Below are positions 35,861-46,246 of a stretch of DNA of 64,000 nt, one piece after another (position 1 is the first letter of the stretch; the number at the start of each line of letters is the position of its first letter). Below the pieces are notes generated by a model. The model was not told the DNA's origin, made no database searches, and was given only the letters and a program-made list of their open reading frames with translations. The position numbers and the translations under genes were made by a program. The stretch comes from a virus. Where the stretch lies: IMG/VR virus record IMGVR_UViG_3300009068_004979. One strand, written 5' to 3'.

Positions 35861-37031
35861 TATTATTGATCTGCCACTAATGGTAGAAAATGTAGATAAG
35901 TCAGATATTAAAGAAGTTATTAAATTTCTTGACCAGGATAATATACCGATTCTTACCAACGGACCAAAAGTAAAAGAGTTTGAAGCTGCTTGGTCAAAAT
36001 GGCTTGGTGTAAAACATAGTGTATTTATTAATTCCGGAAGTGCGGCAAACGAGCTAACAATGTTAGCACTAAAATATCTCTATGGTGAAGGGGAAATTAT
36101 TGTACCACCTCTTACCTGGGTTTCAGATATTAATTCTGTTTTGTTTAGCGGTCATAAGTTGGTATTCTGTGATATTAATCTACACAATTTGTCCTTTGAT
36201 CTCGATAAACTCAAAAAGCTTGTAAACGACAAGACACGCGCTATATTTTTAACACATGTACTGGGTATAAACGGTCTTACAGATGAGTTACTCGCTCTTT
36301 GCAAAGAGAAAAATATTCACCTCATTGAAGATGTATGTGAATCACACGGTACAACGTTCAAGGGACAAAAAGTAGGCAGCATTGGATATGCTAGTAATTT
36401 TAGTTTTTATTTTGCACATCACATGAGTACAATTGAAGGTGGTGTTGTATGCACAAATGATGATAAACTATATCAAGTGGTCCGCGCGCTTCGATCACAT
36501 GGAATGGTTCGTGAATGTACAGATGTAGATTTTAAAGAGCATATTATTAAAGAAAATCCTGCTTTAAATAAAGATTTTATATTCATTGGACCAGCTCATA
36601 ATTTCAGGAGCACAGAAATTAATGCTGTTATTGGATTAAATCAAATTAAACGTCTAGATAATAATAATTTAAAACGTGTAGATAATTTTAATTATTTTAT
36701 AAAACAATTAGACTCAAGCAAATATATAACTGATTTTAATATTGAAGGGCAATGCAATTATGCGTTTATAGTTGTTCTCAAAGAACCAAGCTTTGAGTTG
36801 CGCGACAAGATTGAAGCAACCCTGCGTGAAGCAAAAGTTGAATTTAGAAGAGGTTTATCTGGCGGCGGCAATCAAACACTGCAGCCTTATATTAGTAAAA
36901 ATTTTAAAATTGATCAAAATAATTTTCCTAACGTCAATCACGTGCATCACTTTGGCTGGTATATTGGTAATTACCCAACGCTCGAAAGAAACAAGATTGA
37001 TCAGCTCTTGCAGCTTTTAAATAACACGTGA
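35850..37031 (+). CDS. PLP-dependent DegT-family enzyme, ColD/RfbH-type sugar 3-dehydratase
   Basis: NSGSAAN, EDVCESHG, SFYFAHHMSTIEGG (His in place of the Schiff-base Lys). Confidence 0.85.
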   Translation: MKNNIIDLPLMVENVDKSDIKEVIKFLDQDNIPILTNGPKVKEFEAAWSKWLGVKHSVFINSGSAANELTMLALKYLYGEGEIIVPPLTWVSDINSVLFSGHKLVFCDINLHNLSFDLDKLKKLVNDKTRAIFLTHVLGINGLTDELLALCKEKNIHLIEDVCESHGTTFKGQKVGSIGYASNFSFYFAHHMSTIEGGVVCTNDDKLYQVVRALRSHGMVRECTDVDFKEHIIKENPALNKDFIFIGPAHNFRSTEINAVIGLNQIKRLDNNNLKRVDNFNYFIKQLDSSKYITDFNIEGQCNYAFIVVLKEPSFELRDKIEATLREAKVEFRRGLSGGGNQTLQPYISKNFKIDQNNFPNVNHVHHFGWYIGNYPTLERNKIDQLLQLLNNT

Positions 37032-37966
37032 TGAACAAATATTTAGTTGTCTTTAATATTTGTGAAATTGGAAGAGAAAACAGTGAATGGTATATTCAAT
37101 GCCTCAACAATTTACTAAAACAAACCTACAATAAGTTTCATATTGTTGTAAGCGGTTGTCGTGTTACGGAAAATACAAAGAAGAAATTACGAGAAAAATT
37201 TGGTAATAAGCTCTCTTACTATTATACCGATCATTTCTTAGCAGTAAATATTACTTTTAATAAAGCTGTTCTTGAATGCGTCAAACATTATGGGGAATTC
37301 AGCGGCTACATATATATCGATTCAGGTATCGATACTGAATCTAATTTCAATATCATCGAAGAAATTGACAAGCGATTTTCTACAAATAAATTTGGAATGA
37401 TATCATTACAAACTGATACAGATCATGGCCATCACTGGTTTCTACCAGCAAATATACAGGATCCCTACATCAGAAAACAAGACTTTATTATTCCTGTAGG
37501 CCGATGTGTACACCTACACTTTCAATGCTTCCATAATGATATACTCAAAACATATGGTCGTATTCTTCCTGATATCTTTATTGCATATTGTACTGAATCA
37601 GTGCTCTCATTTCTAAATGCAGGTATTAATAAGCAGTGGTGCATAGTAAAAGATATTATCTTAACACACAAGAAATCTGCTGATGGTGCTACTTTGAGCT
37701 ATGATCATACCGGACCGAGAGGTCAACACTGGAATAACCTCTACGGTGGAATGGATATGATGAACATATTAAATGATCCAAAAGCTATGGAATATGGATT
37801 TGGGTATGAAGAAATAACAGGTGTACTGAATCACAATCCGGATCTGTATACGTCAGAAGGGTATGCCAAAAGACCAGAATTAAAAACATTTCTAAAAGAC
37901 AATCTCTTTTTACAGCCAGACAGACTAGACTACAATTCTATTTTAGACGAATTTATAACAGTTTAA
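37028..37966 (+). CDS. Putative glycosyltransferase-like protein
   Basis: LLKQTY, FNKAV, YIYIDSG resemble the GT-A N-terminal pattern; inside the sugar operon. Confidence 0.5.
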   Translation: MMNKYLVVFNICEIGRENSEWYIQCLNNLLKQTYNKFHIVVSGCRVTENTKKKLREKFGNKLSYYYTDHFLAVNITFNKAVLECVKHYGEFSGYIYIDSGIDTESNFNIIEEIDKRFSTNKFGMISLQTDTDHGHHWFLPANIQDPYIRKQDFIIPVGRCVHLHFQCFHNDILKTYGRILPDIFIAYCTESVLSFLNAGINKQWCIVKDIILTHKKSADGATLSYDHTGPRGQHWNNLYGGMDMMNILNDPKAMEYGFGYEEITGVLNHNPDLYTSEGYAKRPELKTFLKDNLFLQPDRLDYNSILDEFITV

Positions 37967-37996
37967 AAATTAAGATTACGGATTAATTATTCTTGT

Positions 37997-38752
37997 ATGC
38001 AGGAAAAAAAGCCAATTCTTATTATTGGCGATTCATGTAAAGATATCTTTGTCTATTGCCATTGTGAAAGATTATGCCCTGAAGCACCTGTCCCTGTGCT
38101 CGATATAGTCTCCACGAAAGAAAATGGCGGCATGGCAATGAATGTATTTGCAAATTTAAAAAAAATAAAACCAAATACTGTCATAATGACAAACGATAAT
38201 TGGAATAGAGTTACAAAAACTAGATACGTAGATGTTGTTACAAATCAAATGTTTGTTAGAATTGATAATACAGTAAAAACTGAAAATAATTTTAATAGCA
38301 TAAGAAACAAAATTGACTTTAATGATTTTAGTGCTGTAATAATAAGCGATTATAATAAGGGGTTTATATCAGAAAAAGATATTGAATTTATTACAAAAAA
38401 ACATAAACTCACCTTTCTTGATACCAAGAAAGTTATAGGAACTTGGGCTAATAAGGTAACATTTATTAAAATTAATAGAAAAGAATACGGACTCTCAAAA
38501 GATTTTTTTAATAAAAATAAAAAAATAAAAGACAAAGTTATTAAAACAATAGGTGATCAAGGCACCGAGTATAGAGGTGCAATTTACGGTGTTAGCAAGG
38601 TTGAAGTAAAAGATCTTTCTGGAGCCGGAGATACATTTCTCGCCGGATTAGTTGCAAAATATATTGACACAAAAGATATTGTAAAAGCTATTGAATTTGC
38701 AAATGAATGCTCTACTATAGTGGTACAGAAGAAAGGTGTATCGACATTATGA
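37997..38752 (+). CDS. PfkB-family sugar kinase (HldE/RfaE kinase domain-like)
   Basis: RLCPEAPVPV, GGMAMNV, ISDYNKG, DLSGAGDTF. Confidence 0.88.
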   Translation: MQEKKPILIIGDSCKDIFVYCHCERLCPEAPVPVLDIVSTKENGGMAMNVFANLKKIKPNTVIMTNDNWNRVTKTRYVDVVTNQMFVRIDNTVKTENNFNSIRNKIDFNDFSAVIISDYNKGFISEKDIEFITKKHKLTFLDTKKVIGTWANKVTFIKINRKEYGLSKDFFNKNKKIKDKVIKTIGDQGTEYRGAIYGVSKVEVKDLSGAGDTFLAGLVAKYIDTKDIVKAIEFANECSTIVVQKKGVSTL

Positions 38753-39441
38753 AAATCTCTATTATTGTACCTACTCGCAACCGACCACAAAATGTACAGA
38801 ATATTTGCAAATCGGTAGCCGATACAGCATCAGGATTCTATGATATTGAACTGGTTTTTTACGTAGACCGCGATGACACGGATACTATCAACCTATTCAA
38901 AGACCCTGATGCAGCTAAAAAATTAAATGTTAATGCTAGTGTTGTATTAGGTGATAGAGTTAAACTCGGTCAGACGTACAATAAAGCATACGCTAAAACA
39001 ACCGGTGATATTATCATGTATGCAGCAGATGACGTTTATTTTGGTACGAAAAATTGGGATTTTCTTGTTGTTGATGAATTTAAACATTTCAAAGATCAAA
39101 TTTGCTTAGTCTTTGGATACGATGGAATTCAACCCAAGGGATCACTCGCTACACATGGCTTTATTAGTAGAAAATCAATTGATGCGCTCGGGTATGTTCA
39201 TCCAGGTGATTTTGGATATAATTACGCTGACAACTGGATGACAGAAATATATCGTCAGATTAACAGACTCCGCTATCTTCCTATTTATACGGAACATCGT
39301 CACTGGGGCGTAGGCAAAGCGACGTATGATGATACCTATCGGCTCGGCTCTGATGCGCCACATAAAGAAAGTATTACCTTGTGGGAAGACAAACCAAGAT
39401 TGTATACCGACATTGAAAAACTTCGTAAGCTTATTATATAA
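38749..39441 (+). CDS. Glycosyltransferase family 2
   Basis: SIIVPTRNRP, VDRDD, YAADDV, YADNW, EHRHW. Confidence 0.85.
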   Translation: MKISIIVPTRNRPQNVQNICKSVADTASGFYDIELVFYVDRDDTDTINLFKDPDAAKKLNVNASVVLGDRVKLGQTYNKAYAKTTGDIIMYAADDVYFGTKNWDFLVVDEFKHFKDQICLVFGYDGIQPKGSLATHGFISRKSIDALGYVHPGDFGYNYADNWMTEIYRQINRLRYLPIYTEHRHWGVGKATYDDTYRLGSDAPHKESITLWEDKPRLYTDIEKLRKLII

Positions 39442-39450
39442 TTTTAGAGA

Positions 39451-40383
39451 ATGAAACTCTTTATATATCCCCAAGCCTCGCCTCATGTGCATGATAATAT
39501 ACCCAAGCTTATAGGCTGTGTGCCTCTAAGTAAAGATGGTATTGCACGTCATTTTGAAGTGATCACTGACCCAAAGCAAGCAGATTATTACTATATGGGA
39601 CAAATAAGAGAAGACAGCAAAGTACCTCTATTTAAATCTACAGGTGAAGAATTTGAATTTTATAAAGGGAATGAAAGCCGACATATTGCAGATATGGAAG
39701 GAGAAGGGGGATGGGAAATACCCAGCTGGCTTCATAACTGTATTCTCACAACCATGGGCCCGCTCAAGCGGTTTAATATAAAAAGGCTCTTTACAAGACC
39801 TACATTTTCGACATTAATGATTGACCTTGTTAAGGACAATCGTAAGTTTGACTTCCCTGAAAAAAGAGCTTTTGGCTTTCGTGGATTAATTAATCATAAT
39901 ATACGTTCAAATCTATATCAAGCTATTCAAGAGCCTATCCTCGATGAAATGAAAGTGAGCCGTGAAGTGTATACTAATAATTGTTGGTCAGGGTCAGTTC
40001 CTTCAGGTCACGAGATACAACGCATTTATGAGGAATTAATGCTTAAGCATCCCCTCTCTCTTTGCCCTCGTGGAGCTGGAATCGATACAACACGAATTAT
40101 TGAAACATGTTTTTACACACGAGTACCAGTAATTATAACAGATGAAGATTTTCATCTTGTAGGTGAAGATAGCCATGATATGAGCTTCTGCTTCAGAATC
40201 GTTGGCAATATGACACCAAAGGCTCTTGCAGAAGAACTTATTAAAGTTTATAACACAGATATGCACGAACTTAAAGATAGAGCGAATGCTGCGAGAAATT
40301 ATTTCGATGTAGTAATAAAAAAATATTTCGAAGACCCAACACTTTATTTCTTAAACTGGTTAAACAAAAATGAATCCAAGTAA
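39451..40383 (+). CDS. Exostosin-like (GT47) glycosyltransferase
   Basis: FGFRG...R, LSLCPRGAG..TTRIIE...VPVII. Confidence 0.75.
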   Translation: MKLFIYPQASPHVHDNIPKLIGCVPLSKDGIARHFEVITDPKQADYYYMGQIREDSKVPLFKSTGEEFEFYKGNESRHIADMEGEGGWEIPSWLHNCILTTMGPLKRFNIKRLFTRPTFSTLMIDLVKDNRKFDFPEKRAFGFRGLINHNIRSNLYQAIQEPILDEMKVSREVYTNNCWSGSVPSGHEIQRIYEELMLKHPLSLCPRGAGIDTTRIIETCFYTRVPVIITDEDFHLVGEDSHDMSFCFRIVGNMTPKALAEELIKVYNTDMHELKDRANAARNYFDVVIKKYFEDPTLYFLNWLNKNESK

Positions 40384-41575
40384 TATCTTTAATCCCCAAG
40401 CAAAAATTTATGCTAATGCCGACAGAGCATTAGATTTTTTTGAAAATAAAAACCCTGCACCCGTATTAGTTGAGATTGACCCGAGTAATACTTGCAATCA
40501 CGGATGTTATTTTTGTATATCATCATATATACATTTGCCTGAGTCAAAGCACTTAGAAACATACGATAAAACCGTTATGCCACGAGAAATCCTTCTCCAA
40601 ACATGTAAGGATTTTATAGATATGGGAGTCCGCGCAATAAACTGGACTGGTGGCGGCGAACCCACCATAAATCGCCATCTTAAAGAAGCCATTGAATATA
40701 TTGGAAAAAATTCAGATATTAAGATGGGAATCTTTACTAACGGTACTCTCCTTGACAAGTGGGATCTCTTTGATACTATGACGGAGTATATGACTTGGGT
40801 TAGATTTTCTATTGACGCCGGTACACCAGAAAAATATAATAGTGTACGTAGAACAAAACCAAATCAGGGATGGGATAAAATGATGCAGAATCTTTCGAAA
40901 CTTATACAATCGAATAATAGTAAAAATAGAAAAATTCAAATTGGCACAGGGTTTGTAATTACACCTGATTCGTATAAAGAAATTGTAGACTTTGCAAATA
41001 ACTTTGCAGCTTTAGATATTGATTATTGTCAATATAAGCCTGAAATAGTTAATAGAGAAAGAGAGGACGGGGTACAGAGAGATCTTGAATTTTGGCAAAA
41101 CGAAGTCGAGCCACGATTAAATGAAGCTAAGCAAATACTTGGTGATAAGTTTCAGATTAACGGGTATAAATTAACAGATCTAATTAAAGATCGTTCATCG
41201 TTTGGACGAACTTATAAAAAATGCTTAGGGTCCCAGCTACAACCATGTGTAGGTGCCGATGGTGAGGTATATGTTTGCACTAATCACCGCGGATATAAAC
41301 AATATAGCTATGGCTCCCTTCATACAAAAACATTTAAAGAGATTTGGGATGATATACTCAAGCGCCAGCAAGTAATGAATCAAATTGAAACAGTAGAGTG
41401 CTTTAAGAATTGCACGAAACTCTGCAAACCCCATGAGAGTAATAAAGCCATGTGGGATATACATGAAAACTTAGCAACTGCTACTAACGATGAAAGTAAA
41501 AACAAGTATAAAGCAACACTGCTTGCTAATATAGAAGGTATTAAATCAAATATAACGCATAGTGAATTTATTTAA
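40370..41575 (+). CDS. Radical SAM/SPASM protein
   Basis: CNHGCYFC, TGGGEP, TNG, C-terminal C...ADGEVYVC...C...C...C. Confidence 0.9.
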   Translation: MNPSNIFNPQAKIYANADRALDFFENKNPAPVLVEIDPSNTCNHGCYFCISSYIHLPESKHLETYDKTVMPREILLQTCKDFIDMGVRAINWTGGGEPTINRHLKEAIEYIGKNSDIKMGIFTNGTLLDKWDLFDTMTEYMTWVRFSIDAGTPEKYNSVRRTKPNQGWDKMMQNLSKLIQSNNSKNRKIQIGTGFVITPDSYKEIVDFANNFAALDIDYCQYKPEIVNREREDGVQRDLEFWQNEVEPRLNEAKQILGDKFQINGYKLTDLIKDRSSFGRTYKKCLGSQLQPCVGADGEVYVCTNHRGYKQYSYGSLHTKTFKEIWDDILKRQQVMNQIETVECFKNCTKLCKPHESNKAMWDIHENLATATNDESKNKYKATLLANIEGIKSNITHSEFI

Positions 41576-41582
41576 ATTTTGC

Positions 41583-41610
41583 TTGAATAATTAAAAATCG
41601 AGTATATCAT
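41583..41610 (+). promoter_or_regulatory. Sigma70-like promoter
   Basis: TTGAAT-N16-TATCAT, 6 nt from ATG. Confidence 0.7.
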
Positions 41611-41616
41611 TCACTT

Positions 41617-42201
41617 ATGATCATACAACAAAAGCTATACGATGGTAATCTGATACACAGTCGATTTGCATATAAATTTTTTAGAGATAAAACTCTACCA
41701 ATTGGTAATATTGTTGCATTTCGTGCTCCAATGAAAGTAGAAGCTGAAGGAATGATTGACAGTGAAGACATTTTAAATGCAGATTATATTTACAGCGATG
41801 ATGCTATTAATTTTTGCTGGGAGATACCAGGCTTAGATCCATTTGGTGCTGTTGCCTGGCAGAGACTCTTTAATACACAGATTGCTAATGTCCTGAGTAC
41901 AAAGTACATTAATGCCCCAATTGAAGTTGATGGTGATGACCTAATTGTGCACAAAGAGCATAATCAGGGTGGCATCACTCAAACCAAAGGTAAATGTAGC
42001 GTCAGTATTACTGTATCAAATAATAATGTAGCACTAGGCCATACAGGAATTAATATCACTGCTGGTAAAAAAGCACCTGCATTTGCTTATTCCACAAGTC
42101 TCACTGATGAACAGGCGCAGGCCTTTATGAAAGATATTATTGATATTTTTTATCAAATGAATGATGATATCTTTCTTGCTACTACAAAAGTCATTGCTTA
42201 A
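41617..42201 (+). CDS. DUF366-like protein
   Basis: YDG...FAY...IVAFRAP, DGDDL, KCSVSI, HTGINI. Confidence 0.6.
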   Translation: MIIQQKLYDGNLIHSRFAYKFFRDKTLPIGNIVAFRAPMKVEAEGMIDSEDILNADYIYSDDAINFCWEIPGLDPFGAVAWQRLFNTQIANVLSTKYINAPIEVDGDDLIVHKEHNQGGITQTKGKCSVSITVSNNNVALGHTGINITAGKKAPAFAYSTSLTDEQAQAFMKDIIDIFYQMNDDIFLATTKVIA

Positions 42202-42578
42202 TGACCATTTTTGACTTTATTAATGATGTTCTTTTTACCAAGAAGAACACGATGCAAAGTCTTGATGATGAGAGTAATTTCTCACCTTATATGCTAAATA
42301 GATGGATCAGCATGTATTCACCAACTATGGCTTTAGATTGCAATACAATAAACAAATATCTTGGAGCTTTCGAAAACAAGAAAGATCTCTTCAACCTTTT
42401 TGTTGCGACCTTTAAGAAGGTACCATTTAAAAGAATTAATTATATCAAGAAACACAAAGAAGAAAAAAAAGAAGAATGCGAACAGCTCGATTTACTAGCC
42501 AAAAGCTATGAATTATCTAAAAGAGAAATAAAGCAATATCTCGAATTAAAAGATGGTTTTTTGAAAGGAGTTAAATAA
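42201..42578 (+). CDS. 62: Clamp loader small subunit (gp62-like)
   Basis: IFDFINDV...FSPYMLNRWIS...YIKK...SKRE..QYL. Confidence 0.7.
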   Translation: MTIFDFINDVLFTKKNTMQSLDDESNFSPYMLNRWISMYSPTMALDCNTINKYLGAFENKKDLFNLFVATFKKVPFKRINYIKKHKEEKKEECEQLDLLAKSYELSKREIKQYLELKDGFLKGVK

Positions 42579-42586
42579 GTCCTTGT

Positions 42587-43048
42587 ATGCCAGCAAATAT
42601 TGATCTACTACCGACACAAAAAAGTTTAATTGATCTTTCAGAGTTACCCAAAAATACCTTTGGATCTGTTTTCTTAGGCTATAATCTAAAATCACTCATG
42701 GATGATATTCTTCTTGTTAAGTTTATTGACGAGACGGAAGACGGTACTTCCATCATGAGAAACGGTCTTCATGTGCCTATTAATGCCGAGCTTCGCGCAT
42801 GGAGAGTAGGTGAGGTGATTCTTGCTGGGCCAAATACAAAAAATGCTCTCCCAGGAAACATTGTTTGCTTTCCTAATAACTTAGGTATTCCAATTGCAAA
42901 TATTGGTGTCGATGGTTACGGTACTCTCAAGAAAGGTATCTTCTTAAATGAGCAGCGTATCTTCGGCATTTGTTCGGTGACTAACGATAATGAAACTGTC
43001 GCTGCCAACGTTAAAAAATCTTCTGCTAAACAACGTAGCAGAAATTAA
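42587..43048 (+). CDS. GroES-like co-chaperonin (gp31-like)
   Basis: DDILLV, GEVILAGP, GNIVCF, FLNEQRIFG; TAAATA upstream. Confidence 0.7.
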   Translation: MPANIDLLPTQKSLIDLSELPKNTFGSVFLGYNLKSLMDDILLVKFIDETEDGTSIMRNGLHVPINAELRAWRVGEVILAGPNTKNALPGNIVCFPNNLGIPIANIGVDGYGTLKKGIFLNEQRIFGICSVTNDNETVAANVKKSSAKQRSRN

Positions 43049-43367
43049 GTTTGTTAGGCGGCGTCCAAAAGCTGGAGCCCCTCTAACAAGACGCATGCTC
43101 TGTACTAGTTCGTATAAGCTCCTGAATAGCCCAGAAGGCCGTGTCGCTCTTAATTATAAGAGAGCATACAATACACCCAAGTTTAATCCTGCACAGAAAA
43201 ATCTTGTTATTACTTGGGATATTATCATGCAAGATTACAGATGTATTAACATGGTCGCATGCAATCTTATTCAAGTCATCCCAGCCAATCAGCAATTTTG
43301 GAAATTTTTTAACGAAAAACTAAGCTTATTATCAACCCAGCAAAAAATAAGGTTCATGAACCAATGA
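42990..43367 (+). CDS. Hypothetical protein, WYL/SH3-like fold
   Basis: EIKFVRR...RRMLCT...TWDI...YRCI pattern. Confidence 0.5.
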   Translation: MKLSLPTLKNLLLNNVAEIKFVRRRPKAGAPLTRRMLCTSSYKLLNSPEGRVALNYKRAYNTPKFNPAQKNLVITWDIIMQDYRCINMVACNLIQVIPANQQFWKFFNEKLSLLSTQQKIRFMNQ

Positions 43368-43711
43368 CATCTATTTTTGAAATCGAAGAATCTTTAAAAG
43401 ATTACCTACAAAAAAATATTACTATTTGTATTGATAATAAAATATTGAAACAAGGCAGGCTTATTCTATTTTGTATAAAGGACTTTTTTTGTGTATTCAC
43501 TCTTGTAACTGATGCAAAGACTAATAAAAAAATTATCTATGAACTTCCCTACCCGTTTATTTTTCAAAAAAATAGTAGCAACTTAATTTTTGACTACACA
43601 TTGAATACATTTTGCAATGTGAATCGTGACACATGTCAGAAAGTTGAAGATCTGCAGCTCAAGAAGACATCAAAACTGTTCAACAAAAAAGTATCAGTTT
43701 ACTCTCTATAA
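43364..43711 (+). CDS. Hypothetical protein
   Basis: 115-aa ORF coupled to the upstream gene (ATGA). Confidence 0.6.
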   Translation: MTSIFEIEESLKDYLQKNITICIDNKILKQGRLILFCIKDFFCVFTLVTDAKTNKKIIYELPYPFIFQKNSSNLIFDYTLNTFCNVNRDTCQKVEDLQLKKTSKLFNKKVSVYSL

Positions 43712-43731
43712 AAAGATATTATAATATATTA

Positions 43732-45363
43732 GTGTTCAGTAGATATATTCAGCATTTTCCGGAAGAGTATAATCCAAGTACTCAGCAAGTTAAACTAATT
43801 AAAGGCGTAGAGCGTGCTTTTAATAACGGCAAAAAATTTGTTATTTGTTGCGCGCCTACAGGAGCCGGTAAAAGCTTCCTCGCCAAGACACTTGCAGGCA
43901 TAAGCTCGCAGCCTACAGCAGAATTTAAAAATCTTATAAATGGATATGCAGCATATAAGCAAGACTTTGCTGGCAACTATATAAATGAAGTAAAATGTCT
44001 AGAGCAACCACCGCATGGGGCATTTGCACTTACTATTACCAAGTCACTACAAGATCAGTATTTGAAGCTATTTACCGATACAGATAGTTTGAAAGGCAAA
44101 TCAAATTATGTGTGTGCAGTGGATCAGAATTTTGATGTTGAAACTGCTCCCTGTGTGTTTGTATCAAAGCTAAAGGAAGAATGCTGGGAGAAAAATCGAT
44201 GCCCATATTATAATGCACGGAATACAGCTCTCACATCACAATTTGCAGTCTTAAATTACAAAATGTTTCTAGCGCTACCTAGTCATATAAAGAGAAAGAA
44301 CTTCATTATATGTGATGAAGCTTCAGAGCTTGAAGATGAACTTATTAAAAGATTTTCTGCAGATATTGTGTACGACCGCCTCAAATCATACGGAATAGAA
44401 TATAAAACTCTCATTACTGATAATAATGAAAAAGTACGCACATGGATTTACGAGCTCATTTTCAATACAAGCGAACAAATCAACACACTTGTTAATAAAG
44501 TGAGCAAGCGACAGACAGCCCTATCACAACCTGAGCGCATAAGGCTTCAATATCTTAAAAATCTGCATAGCTCGCTCACAACAATTGATCAATTGTGGCA
44601 GGATTGTGAATTTATAATTGATAAAGATGCAAAAAAAGTATCCATTACTCCGCTCAAAGCAGATAAGCTTTCCAAGTTTATTTTTGATAGCGCCGATAAT
44701 GTGTTACTCATGTCTGCTACAATTATTGATCATAAAAATTTTGCAAAGCATCTTGGTATAAAAGATTATGAGTATGTTGAGGTGGATAGTGATTTTGATG
44801 CAGCTAAATCACCAATTTACGTTACATCAAAAAATAAGCTTAACTATAAAAATATTAAGTTAGTTTTGCCAGCAATTTGTGATCAGATAAAAACAATAGT
44901 CGACTTTCATAAAAACGATAAAGGTATTATACATACCCACTCACTTGATATAACAGAAACCTTAAAACAAAGACTTGCAGGTAACAAGAGATACTTGTTT
45001 AGAGATAGCTTCTCTAACAACGAAGCAATTCTAAAAGAACATTATGAGGCAGACTTTCCAACAATCCTAGTTTCACCGTCTCTTGCTTTTGGTGTTGATC
45101 TAAAGGATGATTTAGCACGTTTTCAGATTATCGTAAAACTACCTTATCCACCACTATCATCTAAACGTATTAAGAAAATTTTTGATATAGATAAAGAATG
45201 GTATGAGAATAAAATGCTCAATGCTGTTGTTCAAGCTTCTGGTAGAGCCACGAGAAGCAGGAAAGATTTCAGTACAACATATATTCTAGATGGTAATATA
45301 GTTAATGTTATTAAAAGAGTTAAGAATAAGCTACCTAAATATTTTGTTGATCGTATTGTTTAA
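43732..45363 (+). CDS. DinG/XPD-like SF2 helicase
   Basis: APTGAGKS, LQDQY, KGKSNYVC...C...C...CPY (Fe-S), DEA, MSAT, GVD, QASGR. Confidence 0.88.
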   Translation: MFSRYIQHFPEEYNPSTQQVKLIKGVERAFNNGKKFVICCAPTGAGKSFLAKTLAGISSQPTAEFKNLINGYAAYKQDFAGNYINEVKCLEQPPHGAFALTITKSLQDQYLKLFTDTDSLKGKSNYVCAVDQNFDVETAPCVFVSKLKEECWEKNRCPYYNARNTALTSQFAVLNYKMFLALPSHIKRKNFIICDEASELEDELIKRFSADIVYDRLKSYGIEYKTLITDNNEKVRTWIYELIFNTSEQINTLVNKVSKRQTALSQPERIRLQYLKNLHSSLTTIDQLWQDCEFIIDKDAKKVSITPLKADKLSKFIFDSADNVLLMSATIIDHKNFAKHLGIKDYEYVEVDSDFDAAKSPIYVTSKNKLNYKNIKLVLPAICDQIKTIVDFHKNDKGIIHTHSLDITETLKQRLAGNKRYLFRDSFSNNEAILKEHYEADFPTILVSPSLAFGVDLKDDLARFQIIVKLPYPPLSSKRIKKIFDIDKEWYENKMLNAVVQASGRATRSRKDFSTTYILDGNIVNVIKRVKNKLPKYFVDRIV

Positions 45364-45374
45364 TAAATAATTAA

Positions 45375-46181
45375 GTGAAGAACCAAACATATCATTTTGA
45401 GATTAAGGATGTGCTCACACAATTTGTGGCTGCATTTGATGATATTATCATAAAGCGGTATGATAAAAACAGAATTCCTCAGAGCTTATTACAGGTAAGA
45501 TATGTTTACTCTCCTAAACAGCGTGTAATGTATGATTTAGTTAATAAAGCAATGAACATAACCATACCTGTTGTTGCCATTAATATAAATAGTGTTTCAC
45601 GCGACGAATCGCGAGTTTTTAATAAAATTGGTGGATTCTATTACCCCCGCGGAACTTCAGATAACGATGCAAAGAGCTCCACAGCATACTATAGAAGCCC
45701 GGTTCCAGTAAACATTGATATATCAATGTCTGTTTTAACTAAATTTCAGTCTGATATGGATCAGATAATATCTAATTTTGTACCTTATAATAACCCGTAC
45801 ATTATTATTTCTTGGCGCGTACCAGATGGCTTAGTAAGCCCTACACTTACAACAGCACAAGAAATTCGTAGTGAAGTTCTATGGAATGGCAGTATCAATC
45901 TAAATTATCCAATAGAGCTTAATGGATTAGATAAGTTTAAGATTGTTGGTGACACATCATTTACTATTAAAAGCTGGCTCTTCCCAGCTGTTAGCAATGA
46001 CGCGTCTAATATATTCTTTATTAACAATAACTTCTATAATTCTAGACTGCTTACAAATTATGACATACTGACAAGCTCATCTTTCACATATCCGCTAAGC
46101 ACAGGCTTAGTATCTGATATAGAGACAGCATCTGTCTCTGGATCACCATCCTTAACCAATGTGGATTACTCATACAGTTAA
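45375..46181 (+). CDS. 15: Tail sheath stabiliser/terminator (gp15-like)
   Basis: F...FDDI.I.R, YSPKQ, PVPVNI...L..KFQSDMDQI; TAAATA 5 nt upstream. Confidence 0.75.
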   Translation: MKNQTYHFEIKDVLTQFVAAFDDIIIKRYDKNRIPQSLLQVRYVYSPKQRVMYDLVNKAMNITIPVVAININSVSRDESRVFNKIGGFYYPRGTSDNDAKSSTAYYRSPVPVNIDISMSVLTKFQSDMDQIISNFVPYNNPYIIISWRVPDGLVSPTLTTAQEIRSEVLWNGSINLNYPIELNGLDKFKIVGDTSFTIKSWLFPAVSNDASNIFFINNNFYNSRLLTNYDILTSSSFTYPLSTGLVSDIETASVSGSPSLTNVDYSYS

Positions 46182-46246
46182 AAGTAGGGGATATTTAATA
46201 TTTACAGTTTAGTTTCAATTAGAATTACATAAATAATTTATAATAT

